This document shows positions 22,593-34,329 of a stretch of DNA of 64,000 bases, piece by piece. The position numbers were made by a program, and so were the translations under genes. The stretch is from Takakia lepidozioides (Eukaryota > Plantae > Bryophyta), in contig CM060734.1 of the NCBI GenBank assembly GCA_030704615.1, positions 15,190,001-15,254,000 of the forward strand, given 5' to 3'. Numbering within the stretch: the stretch's first letter is position 1; every line of letters begins with the position of its first letter. A model generated the notes under the pieces. It was not told where the DNA came from. It did no database searches and was given only the letters and a program-made list of their open reading frames with translations.

Positions 22593-24599
22593 AAACCTAT
22601 ACAGAGCTATGTTATACCATTGAACTCTACATTCTTTTCTAAGTGATACTATACTAGTGTTGCTATGATACATTTTATGCCATCATTTCATTCTTGATCC
22701 GAGGAAGTGAGGATGTAGGATTCTACTCCTTTGGATAAATATTATCTGAGGATAGAACTACATGGAAGAGGGAAAACCTTATGAGAAGAGGTCTGGTATG
22801 CACTCCCTTACGGGGTGAGTGCATACCACATTTACTCCGTAAGGTTCTGCCATGCCAGGGGATTGGCTGGTGGGTCCCTCTCTCTCCCTCTCTCCCTCTC
22901 CCTCTATAAATCTTTGGATTTCATCTGGCCTTAACCTTTTGAGGTTATTTAGTTTTTCATCCCTGCCTTTTTCATCCAAATCTGGATGATTTTATTTTAT
23001 TGGATGATGAAACTTAATATACAGAAAGCTAGAGTTACCATCTATTTTTTTCATCTAAACTGGATGATCTACATAAATAATGGTTACCTATTATAAAATC
23101 CAAGAGAATAATAAAACTACCATCATAAATGATGGCAGTTATTAAACCTAAACCTATACCATAACCCTAAAAGATACATGTCTATGGGATGTCATCTAGT
23201 GACAAAATGCCTATCTTGGTAAAATGTGATATTTCATCCATCCTGGATGAAAAATCGGGAAGTTTTGCCCTAAGCAGGCCGACACACTTCAAGCACTGAA
23301 CTCGTGCTTCAGTGAACCTTGATGATGCGCCGTATAAACCTGCTCCCCTGTTGCTACATGGTACTCGTGATTGCTGGCTCTTGGGATGCGCAGTGGTGGT
23401 TAAGCAGATTCTTCTATGGCAGACGACAAAGCCGTGATTGCTCTGATCAGGAACTCATGGTTCTTTATTTTGCAGCGGCGCTTTTACTCCTTGTTGGGAA
23501 GTACTCTATCCCTATTTATCTATAGATTACTTGTTGCTCTCTCTTCGTGTATGAGCCACTCTCTAGCTGTGAACGCTTCTACTCTGATTGCGTTCTGTTG
23601 GAGACAATCTGTTGGACGCCATGGCGCAGGGCATACCACAAACACTCAAGGTTTTTTGAGTTTACCATTGCTTGAATTGTGATCTGTACTTGCTTTAGAA
23701 TTCAACACTGCCACTTACCTGCTGCATCCTCACTAACACACATCGCTATGTGGTGGTTTTTGGGACGGGCACAGGTGAGGGTCTTCACTTGTCTTGATTT
23801 CTTGAAGCTTGCAGTTCCTGTTCTTGCAAGTGTGGATACTGCTGCTGCCTAAGCTGCTGATGTCATCTGCTGTTTCAAACTGCCACCATGCCGCTTCAGA
23901 CCTGCTCCAAGATTGCTCCAATGAGGATCTGCTTCTCTCCTTACCCCTGTTTACGGTTTTTTACAACCACATTTGCATGTGTAGGAGTTTAGCTATGAAG
24001 GATACAAGGATACAAAATAGCAGTTATTACTTTGACTGCCTTGATACTTGGCTCTGAAATGAGAACTCTTGGTATGACTCTGATGGATCAAAAGGATAGG
24101 CTTTGATAGATAACACACATTCTTCAAGGCCCTCATATCATTTTGGTTTCATGGCTTGATAACAAACTGGGGTTTCTGAGCTGCTCTTTCACCTTGGCAG
24201 AACTACTTTATGTGGCCTTAAAATACCATTCTAGGCCTATACCTGCTTAAGGGGGCTCTACACTGTTGTTTCTTCTTCCTTTTTAAGAATCTTGCTTATA
24301 TCTTGGTTCTAAAACATCATCTTCAAACCAAACCTGCAATCTGGTTTTTGAAATGAGTTTAAAATGGATTCTTGAGATGATGTGTACTATGGTGCTTTTA
24401 TGATATGAATGACCTGGAATCCCACCCTCCCGCCCTGTTTTTTTAGAGACCCTGAAATGTAATTGGGTATTCAAATGAGATTGTAAACATGAAAGAGAAT
24501 GTTAGATGGTGCCCTGTAAAGGGCTGTTTTGTCTTTCAATGACAATGACCTTAGCGGTCTTGTCCATGTCTTGACATGACATGTATATCTTCCCTCTCT

Positions 24600-26395
24600 C
24601 CAACTACTTGTTTGGGATTATCAATTTTTTTCCATAATACTTATTTTGGAAATGCTATATATTTTTAATCCCAATTTTTAATCCATACTGGATGAAATTT
24701 CTGTTATAACCATAAATGGATGATTAATAGGCAGATATGCATTTCAATGCATTTTAGGTTTATGCTCCTTTGATTTAAACCTATTGAATGCCCATTTTTC
24801 ATCCTGGTCTGATACCATCCATACCAGATGGTGGATGAAATCGCGGGTGGTTTTCCTTTAAGTGTCTCTCTGCCCTAGACACAGCACGATATCGTGCGTG
24901 TTTTTTTTCTCTGGAAGAGGGCGATGGCGGACGAATGCTCGATGGCGGCTGAATGCCCGAGCAGCAAGATCCAAATGGGTGTGTTCTTGTTTTTTGAACG
25001 TGCGATGACGGCAGACACTTTCATCTCCCGCGATGGCAAATGACATACTGTTGTGTTTGCCTACGTTTTTTCCTCATTGATGAAGCAGCGGCGGTTATGG
25101 AGGTGGGGAAGCGGCCTGTATTACAAGATACAACTTGTCCTCAACTCTCCTCCTGTTGCATTCTGTTGTGCTCGTTCAAATTCAGATGATGAACACTCCA
25201 GCGTCCTACTCCACAAAAGATTGAGGTTCTTTGTGGTGTCACATCTATGCTTTCTTCTGCTAGTTCTGTGATCTTTGCATGCTTTATGGCTCATACCTGA
25301 CATGGATAGCAACTGTGAAATCCTGTAATTCACCTCGCGCATCCTCACTAACGCACAAAACATTTTTTGTGTTTGTTTTTTGGACGGGCGCAGGTGAGGG
25401 ATTTCACTTGGCATGAACTCTTTGGCTTGCAGATGATCTGGTTACTGCAGGAGGGATAAGATATGATGCAAGCTGCCGTTGTTGCAATTTTCTGCTTCAA
25501 GGGGGATATGTCTTAAACCTTTACTTTGATTTCTGGTTCTTGGTAACCAAATCTGTTAAGTCAGGGAAGTAAATGGGCTGGTCTTCCTAGAAATCAGACC
25601 TTATTGTGAAGGTTCGGGCTGGTTGTGATGACAAGGGTTTGGTGGTGCAAGTGTGACATTGGATGCATTTTTCCAGACCTATTTCTGGCCTTTTGGAGAG
25701 TCAGACAGTGCTGTTTATGCCTCACCAGTTTAGAATGTATTAAGTAAGGCATTGGGTAAGCCTTTTTAAGAACACATACATTCTTTCAGGCTCCCCCACG
25801 GAGATAGCTTACAACATACTTGTTTAAGCTTTTTGAACCCAAGAATTACCAAGCCAGTATTTTTAAAGGGCTTTTTTGATTATGAACTGTATTCTTAAGC
25901 TCCCCCCAGAGATTGGGAATGTGACATGGTAATGACTTACGGGTTTTTGTATGATCATCACAGCATTTGCCCTCTGTTTGGTTGTTGTAAGCCACTGGAA
26001 CACGTACAGCTCTTATTTAAAACTCAGTATGTTTTAAATAAAGTGGTTCAGACTTTGATTGATTGACTGTATGCAAACGTGCATATATTCTTCAGAACCC
26101 TACATGCTCATGATATGTGTTTGTTTTTTTAGAAGACCCCACCCTCCCACCCTATGATTTCAAGAACTTTGAAATCCAGTCTCTTTTATTTAAGATGAAC
26201 TATTTATGGAGGGGAAGTGTTAACATGATGATATAAGGATACCTTGTAATTTAAGGATCTTTTTTCTGGGATTGTACATGTAAGGAGATGTTTGACAATG
26301 CCTTGTAATGAGGCTGCCATGTCATTTTTCTTGACAATGACTTTTACTAAGTCTTGTCTATGTCTTGACATGACATGAATATCTTTCCTCTCTGA
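24600..26395 (+). repeat. Divergent relative of the PLE pseudo-LTR, in tandem behind copy A
   Basis: Shared blocks: ctgacatggatagcaactgtgaa (~25297), catcctcactaac (~25340), gacgggc.caggtgagg (~25383), ccaccctccc.ccc (~26139) and the terminal cttgtc.atgtcttgacatgacatg.atatctt.cctctct (~26353-26392). Confidence 0.7.
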
Positions 26396-27932
26396 TTTTT
26401 GTTTTTTTGTGGGAAGCTACTGCTGCTCAGTCACCCCCCCCCCCCCCCCCCCCCCCACCTTTTTATTTTTATTTTTCTTGCACCCTCTCTGGTGGGGCGG
26501 AGCTGAGAGCAGCAGCAGTTGCTGCTCTCAACCCCCACATGCTTTTCTTTTTTTTTTGGATCTGGAATCAAGAGATTGTTTCCTGGTGAGGCCAAATTTT
26601 GAGTTTGCATGAGAGGTGCCAGGCTTATGGGGAAAGAGAAGAAGTCCCCTGCCCCAAAGAAAGGAGCGGAGAACCCGTTTGCTCTGCCGGCACGTGTGAC
26701 GCGGGCTGGTGTCTCACGATTAACCAGCCTCATCGACAGCTGTAGCCGGAGGGCTCCTCTACCCCCTGAGGCCAGCGCCCCCCCCCCTTGTTGTCCCTGT
26801 CTTGGACTCGCCAGGGGCCGGCTCAGCCACCTCTCCTATTCGGGAGGTTGTTGCTGGGCCGGATGCTCAGCTGAGCACACCCCCGGCCACCAAGACGGGT
26901 GAGATGTACCTTGGCAAGCGCATCACCCGTTCGGGGGCCCGGCTCGGGCAACTTTTGGATGTCACCCCTATACAGACCCCTTCCTCCGTAGCGAAGGCCG
27001 CACTTGCCAAGGCCCAAGGTCAGGTTGAAGGGCCTCGGGAACTGGCGGTTCCTAGCCCAATGTTGATCATTAGGGAGGAGTTGACGAGGAGGCCGAGATA
27101 GCGAAGCACCTCGAATTAGTGAAGCTGGGTGAGGGCTTCTACCCTGCTACGCATTTGGGGGGGGGGGGAGGAGCTACGGGCCGGTTTGGAGCGGCCGAGC
27201 CGATCAGCGATGCCGCCCCCTCAGCCTGAGCGGTCAGCAAAAAAGGGCCTGGACTACGGGGCGCCGCCGCCGGCTATGGTCGACATCTGGAACCTACTTC
27301 CAGCGGCGCTCTGGGAGGGGATAGCGCGGGGACTTCCGGCAGCGGGGACTCCTGCCACATCAGGTGACACCGGGGCTGAGTCGGCAAGCTTGCAAAGGTA
27401 CAACCGTCGCACCTTGCCCATTCCATGTTTTGTCATTTCCTTTGCATGCATGTATTTCTTTCTTGTTTGTTTCTTTTTTTGAATTGGGGGGGGGGGGGGG
27501 GGGGGGGGGGGGTGGGGGGGGGGTATTCGTCTTCAGGAGGCAGAGACATTCTTGGCCGGTTGGGTGCACTCCCGTGGGGTTGCCAATGAGGCAGATCACA
27601 TGGTGTTGATGAAGGACCCGAACACCAAAGGTAAGAAGAAGAGGCCTCGACCTCCCGAGGTCCCTTTTACCATCATTTGCCCCCCCAAGGACGTGTTCAC
27701 CCTATCAACCAGTTTTTAATGTAAAAGAAAATCCTCTCATGCCATTGCACCCATCAAACGGATGTGGCTCAAGCTTCACTTTTTCCCACATGTGCTTAAA
27801 TATGTGTGCAACACATGTGCAAAGATCTAGCCAAAAAAAAAAACATTTGCCTCCCCAACGACGCACTCACCCTTGAACCAATTTTGAATTAAATCGAATT
27901 TTAAAGAATTTTAAAATAAATATTTGCATTTA

Positions 27933-28535
27933 GAAAAGCTTCTCATTTAACAATAATAGGGTCATGAATGCCCGCGCGTGTGGCAGAGGGGGTCGCGAAG
28001 GGTGGGAGCGCCCCTACACGGACCCCGCCAATCCCCACCAGTCTGCTTGCTAGGTCTGCTCGGCAAGCTGGTCTGCTGGGGCCCACAATATGCACATAAA
28101 GCATTAGTTATTGCAAGGGTTTGCAAAAAGTGGCGGGTAGTGTGATGGTTAAGAGCAATGAATGATAAATACGAGGTATGGTGTTCAAATCTCGTTACGT
28201 TGTACCATGGCAGTAATGTGTGTTATTAAATATATATTTTGTCGAAGGGTCTGCCGGTCTGTTGGAGGGTCCAAGCCGGTCTGCTGGAGGGGGGTCTGCT
28301 TGGAGGGTCTGCCGGTCTGCTGGAGGAGCTGCTAGAAGGTTGGAATCGGTCTGTTGGAGGGTCTGCCCAGTCCACTAGAAGGTCCGCCACGGTAGATTAA
28401 CAAGGATTTAGAAAAATTTCAGAATCTCGCCAACCCGGTGAATGGGCGGTGGGCTTATGAGCTCACCCCAAGGGTCGTACTGGCGGGGCCCGCCCATGCA
28501 TTCATGACCCTATTATTAAACAATGAGAGGCTTTA
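27933..28535. mobile_element. MITE/foldback-like element with inverted repeats and internal tandem repeats
   Basis: aataatagggtcatgaatgc (27952-27971) is the exact reverse complement of gcattcatgaccctattatt (28498-28517), with imperfect extension outward. Degenerate (ggtctgccggtctgctggag)n at ~28245-28390. Confidence 0.65.
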
Positions 28536-29204
28536 GAAAATATATGATTGCGGTTTGGAGGGGCGTAATGATTTTATTTTTGGATCTATTTTGTTTTGTG
28601 ACATCGGGGTTTGCACCACTACATCCATGCAAAAAATTGGACAAAAACAAAATGGAAAAAAAATAAGTGTGTTTCTAGGGTCACTTTTGCATAACTCTCT
28701 ATGAAGAGTGCATGAAGTTGAAGATAACTCAACTTTGGAGTACAAATGAGAGAACAAAATATTGTTTTGGGTCCGAATGACTTTTGTTTATTCCCAAATT
28801 TTGCACACACATTGCATATGCTATCATTAAGCATATGGCTTGAAAATGGAAAAAAAATAAAAAAATCATGTGCAGGCGAAACGCAATTTTCCGTCTCTAC
28901 GACACGTAGCTGCGTTCAACACTAGAATGACCCATTGAATGAACTTGGTTCAAGCTTGTATGTGCATAAGTATGTTCAGATCACATATGCAAAGTTGCAA
29001 CCCACACGAGCAACAAGAAAAATATTTACATCAATCGATTAATCGGATGTATACAAAGTACATCATGAGAATATCTACAATGCCCCTCTACGCGATCCCT
29101 GTCTCAAAGGAACCCTATTTCTATCATACACATCCCACTCATGCTGTAATCGGAGGTCCCAATCATCCCGGGAGAACTCGTATGAGGCAAATAGCTTGCT
29201 GCCA

Positions 29205-29580
29205 GCCCTAATAGTCGTACTAGCACATGTCATGACAAACACGTGCATCCCCTCACAATATACCGACGTATGACCACAAAAGCTCTCATGCCCATCGCTT
29301 CGCCCGCCCCATACTACATTGGTTCTCCTAGGATGACCAAAAGAACTGTTGATGAACCCAACAACATTGCCGAAATATCGGGGTCACCATCACAAATCTG
29401 ATCTCAATGGGAGACAACCCCTGTCTACGTACATCCTGTCTGTTGACACCATGCTGTTTCTCCAAGGAGGAACCACAATATCATTGACCGTGAATAAACC
29501 CCAACCCATAGCAGGGTCAGTTCCGGCTCTCACAACATACCGTCTACCCCAATACTCGAACTCCACGTTCTCTCGGATGG
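29205..29580 (-). pseudogene. SET-domain-like remnant, divergent from the CACTA transposase
   Basis: YVVRAGTDPAMGWGLFTVNDI (MGWGLF 29509-29492), then ICDGDP / GNVVGFINSS..TNVVW (~29371-29310) and a terminal YDY (~29210). These match the SET motifs GxGWGL, GNxxRFINHS and ELxxDY, with frameshifts. Confidence 0.55.
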
Positions 29581-30289
29581 GGGTAGGAGGGTCGAGATGA
29601 TTCCCCCAACAACGAGGCTGGACGGTCCTCAGTAACATAGTCCTATGTACTTCCCATCGGGGGCGAGGATCCGGCTCAGGCCGCCCAAGCCGAAGGGGAG
29701 AAAACCTAGGGCGAAGCCGACCTCTCATAGGGGTTCGGGGGGCACATGCACGTGGAGGTGGTACTGGTGGTGGAGGAGATGAAAGTGGAGGTGGTTGAGG
29801 ATGTAATGCCGGAGGGTACAACGTCCGGATCAAAGAAACAGACTGGGGGGGGGGGGGAGTGTGTGTCCCACAATTGGCCTGCAAGCTGCTACTGCATGTA
29901 CGGCGGGGAGAATCATCAGATGAGCACACTGAATCAGGGGGACCGCCTGAGGAAACCGGAGGGGGGGGGGGGGGGGGGGGCCTGCTCGCCGCCGGCCATA
30001 ACGCCTGCGACACCTACGATACCCCTCGACCCTACGCATCTCATCTACGTGGTATTGGGGGAACCATGCATGCACACATTGAAGGTTGTTGTTTGCATTT
30101 CACTTATAATAGGTTGTATGGTTGCAATGACACATTATAATATATGCCCGTATGTTCATTTGTTCGTATCAAGACTTCGTCCATCCCTTCCCGGTGCTTT
30201 CTTGGGGGACCCCATCCAAAAACAACCCAAGTACATTAGGTGGGAGCCGTGGGCAAGACGTCGCCCCGATCGGCGATCAAGTACCGAAC

Positions 30290-33200
30290 GATGATGACGA
30301 TGATAGTGACATTGATAGCAGCAGTGAGGATGGAATTAACCAGGAGGATGTGCAAGCTATGGAGGATCTCTTAATGCATCATATAGGCACTGATGCAACC
30401 CATGGAGAAGAAACCAGGCCAATCGCTGATTCGGAAATGGGCCCCTCAAATGACATGGAGAGGGAGGCGAGAACTCTCTTGTACAAAGGGGCGAAAGTGA
30501 GTCGACTTTCAACAATCTTACTATTGCTCGATCTTCAAGTTCGATTTGGCATAAGTAATGTTGGGATCTGCCATAATGCGAACTATTGCGGACTATATCC
30601 TTGTTCCACACTTGAAACCCAAGATGCCACGGTCGCGGAAAGAGGCGCGCAAAGTGTTGGACTCCGTGGGGATGGGCTATAAGATTTTTCATGCATGTCC
30701 ATGTGATAAAATCCTATACTACGGAGAGGATTCGCGTCTCACCAAGTGCCCAAAGTGCAAGGAAGACCAATATCGGGATGATGTCCAAGGGGAAAAAGTA
30801 CCACGCAAGGTATAAGCGCCATTCCCCCTCGCATGGAAATTTTCTTCTTTAATCTTGTCAATGCATGTCAAGTATATTCCACAAAGTTTGGGGTTTAGAG
30901 AGTAGTACTCATGCAAGATCTGATTGTGGCTTTGGAAGGAGTGAGTAATACTAGCGACGTTCGGTTTTGACCATTCACGCCCAAATGAGGGAGAGGCTGT
31001 ATAAAGGAAAAGACATAAGGGTGTTGTATTATGTGTGCTAATGGGATGATTATATGTGAGGGACGTGGGGTATTTCATCCTAGAAAATGCACTTTCCGTT
31101 CATCCCGCGATTGAAGGCACACTACCGAAGCCCGGAGTTGGCAACACTGATGAGATGGCACGCCTCGCATCGGAGCCCCCCGGGAAAGGTGTGCGGGCCA
31201 CAAGATTCACAAGCATGGAGGCATACTGAAGAGATGTGGCCTTTTCTCTTGGAGGACCCACGACATGTCCGCCTCGGCTTCTCCTCGGATGGGGTCAACC
31301 CATACTCTGTCTAGTCATGTAGTCATTCCACTTGGCCGGTGACCTTGGTGAATTACAACATCCCTCCGTATCTTTCAATAAAAAAAGGCCATATCATGTT
31401 GGCTGCCATTGTACCAGGTGAGTGTTCCCATTTCATGCTTATTATTCCCTTGGACTTTACATTAATCTTATGATCTCTAGCGCAATTCGGATGCAAGATT
31501 GATGACTGACATAATCATGGAGTAAGACGTGTAATTCATTATGTAGTATAATTTGCATATTGGTGGAGCATTGAAACAATGATGTGAATGTCTCATAGGG
31601 AAAAAACAAATAGCAAACATGGACACGTACTTGCGACCTCTAGTTGATGAACTTAAGGAGCTATGGAAGGGGGCTCCCGGCATTGGATGCTTCACTTGAC
31701 CCTATGGCCGGACAATCTTTTCAGATGAGAGGCATATTGCTTTGGACAATGCATGATTATCCAGGTATATTATGTTCCCCATGAAGAACCCGCATACATT
31801 TACTTGTCAAGGCCGGATAGTCTTGTCAAGGCGATAGTCTTGTGCACCGTAGTGGGGTAGATGGCACTATGGGCCATGCACATGAGAACTTCTTGTCTTG
31901 GCTAATGTGGTGGGATGTGTACAAGACTAATTGTTGCTCGGGGCTAGGCACCAAAGGGTACCATGCGTGCTTGCATTGTGGCGATGATCTTGATGCACGT
32001 AGCTCCCGCCATCTTTGCAAGATGGTGTATCCCAACTACCGCAAGTTTCTTCCTATGAGCCATCGATGGAGAAGAAGAGAAAAACACTTGTTTGATGACA
32101 AAGAGGAGGTACGTCCCCCCCCCTGTGACACCATCCGGGCAGTTTTGGGAAGACCGATGGAAGGAGGCCCATGCGGGCACGGTCGGTGAAGTGGACGTGC
32201 CCGGCATGAAGCGACTTTCAATCTTCTACGAGTTGCCATATTGGGCGGTACGTATTCCACAAAAACACCATCAATATTCCTATGCATGCATGTGATATTG
32301 CACATTTGGTATGCGTTGCATTGTCACTTTCACGTCAAAAAATTTGTGTAAGTATTTGTGGGTGGGGATATATGGACCTGAAGATTCGCCATCTTCTAGA
32401 TCTCATGCATATTGAGAAGAATGTCTGCTTGTCCCTTTTTCGGGTTCTTCATGGCACACCGGCAAAGAAGGGAGTGGCTGCAAAAGGATTTCTCAAAGTG
32501 TTAGAAAGGAGCTTGAGGAGCAGGGTCGCATGTGCCATCTATGGGCCGAACAAAATGGTGTGGACCCAAAGGGTGTTGTACGGTGGAAGTATAGGCGCGC
32601 ACCTTGGCAATGGACAAAGGAGGAATACAAGAATGTAATAGCCACCATAGGTGCTGTCCGAACACCAACTGGTTATGGGTCATCCCTCCGTATGAAGTTC
32701 AACGAAGACGGGGTCCATGGTTTGAAGTCTCATGACTACCATAATATTTTGCAAGACATCTTGCCCATTGCAGTACGTGGAACATTGACGCCCGAGGTTT
32801 GCGAGACAATCTATAGATTGGGAGGCTTGTTCTAGTGGATTTGCTCCAAAAAGTTGGAGGAAGCGGATTTTCCACGCATGAAGAAGGAGGCGGCGGAGGT
32901 AATGTGTATGTTGGAGATGAACCTTCCTCCCTCCTTCTTTGACATCCAAGTGCACTTGGTAGTGCACTTAGTGGAAGAGGCTTTGATTGTCGGCCCCGTT
33001 CATTCTCGGTGGATGTACTTCCTTGAGCGTTACATGAAGACTTTGGAAGCATTTGTAAGACAAATGGCACACCCGGAGGGTAGCATGGCGGAGGGGTATA
33101 CATTGCAAGAAGCTATGTTCTATTGCATGGAGTACATGGCAAGGGTGGATGAGGAAGCCCCTCGGATGTGGAAGGAAGAGGAGGATGCACAAACCAAGGA

Positions 33201-34325
33201 CATCGTTTTGCCCAAAAAATCGAAGAGGGTAAAATTGCCGACCTTGGTTATTGAGCAAGCGCATGACTTCATACTGAAGAACACCCCATCCATACATGAG
33301 TGGGAGGCAAGATACAATAACCTTGTTCAACAACGAGAGGAGGAGACGCTTGCATGGAGGCGGAACCATCCATGGCCGGTTACTAGACGTCGTCGTCGAG
33401 GAGCGGGCCGCCGGAATGTTCCTTCACAAGATTTGCCCGTGGAATTGCAGCCTCTAAGTTCATTCCAACAGTGGCTCAAGACTTCAGTTTATGACGCCAT
33501 TTCTCAAGGTGAGGTGGTTTCAGATATGGTGCAAGACCTTGCAAGGGGCCCATCTCAATTCGCGACCTCATACACGGCGGTTTGGGATCACGGTCGTCAT
33601 TTCTGCATTCGTGCTCTTGACATGAAGTGCAAAACAACGTTTGATTCTGGCTTGTGTACCACATATTGGCAAGACTCCGTGTAGGGTAAGGGAGATACAC
33701 GAGCTCCTATGAGCAAACTTGAGTACATTGGAGAGCTTGAGAGCATACTCCAACTTCAGTATACAAGGTACCGGCCTCTTCTCTTCAAGGGAAGGTGGTA
33801 CCAGCCACATCTTGTGGGGCCCTCCGCAACACTAATGCAAGATGATTGTGGTTTCATGCGCGTCAATGCAGATAGGCTCAACCCTACTCATCGTCCCTCC
33901 GATGAGCCTTTTGCATTTCTTTCAGACATGGAGCAAATTTTCTTCTCCGATGACAAAACAAGAGGGGGAAATTGGAAGGTGGTTGTGCATGCTCAGCCAA
34001 GAGGAAGACGTATCTATCATGGTCTCGGATCTCCACGAGGTGAGGCAATTACGGTGGAGGGATGGACTGGTCATAATCTGATGATGGAGGTTGGGTAGAG
34101 GGGGTAGAAGAGGATGATGACGCCCTGAAGAATGCATCCCAGACCCTATATGATGAAGCTCCAGAAGATACGGATGTTGGACAAGCAGATGAAGACACAA
34201 CCATTGACAACGAGGTGGAGGATGATTCGGAGGTGCCTTTTGAGGGTCGGGCCATTTATGACGATGACTCCGATGACCAAGAAGACTTGCAGCTTGATAA
34301 GGATGAAGAAGCTCCGGATGATGAT
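30290..34325 (+). pseudogene. CACTA/En-Spm Tnp2-type transposase, intron-containing, with stops
   Basis: HACPCDKILY..CPKC, RLGFSSDGVNPY, STWPV..NYNIPP, YLRPLVDEL, DYPG, FYELPYW, LDLMHIEKNV, GLKSHDYH, PPSFFDIQVHLVVHL..GPVHSRWMYFLER..EGSMAEGY, and a DUF4216-like DEPF..QIFF..WKVV. Confidence 0.92.
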
Positions 34326-34329
34326 GTTC

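Larger units (their letters stand above)
19114..24599 (+). mobile_element. Penelope-like element copy A (5'-truncated, with 3' pseudo-LTR at 22876-24599)
   Basis: Near-identical to the reverse complement of 49954-56692. PLE-type RT; no GIY-YIG domain seen. Confidence 0.85.

Noticed and set aside
22745-22800. Hammerhead ribozyme candidate near the PLE pseudo-LTR (CTGAGGA...GAAA...GTC)
   Set aside because: Stems I and II do not pair properly and the GAAA register is off. CTGATGA at ~43066 and ~46193 also lacks stems. An Infernal search is needed to exclude variants.
23319-23682. Short ORFs in the pLTR (MMMRRINLLPCC...) recurring three times
   Set aside because: They recur only because the repeat does. 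Lengths differ among copies, starts are non-ATG, and no domain is recognisable.
26590-27660. GC-rich short ORFs and long poly-G/poly-C runs
   Set aside because: No recognisable domain. Homopolymer lengths are unreliable and produce spurious poly-Pro/Gly ORFs (also at 18781 and 29961).
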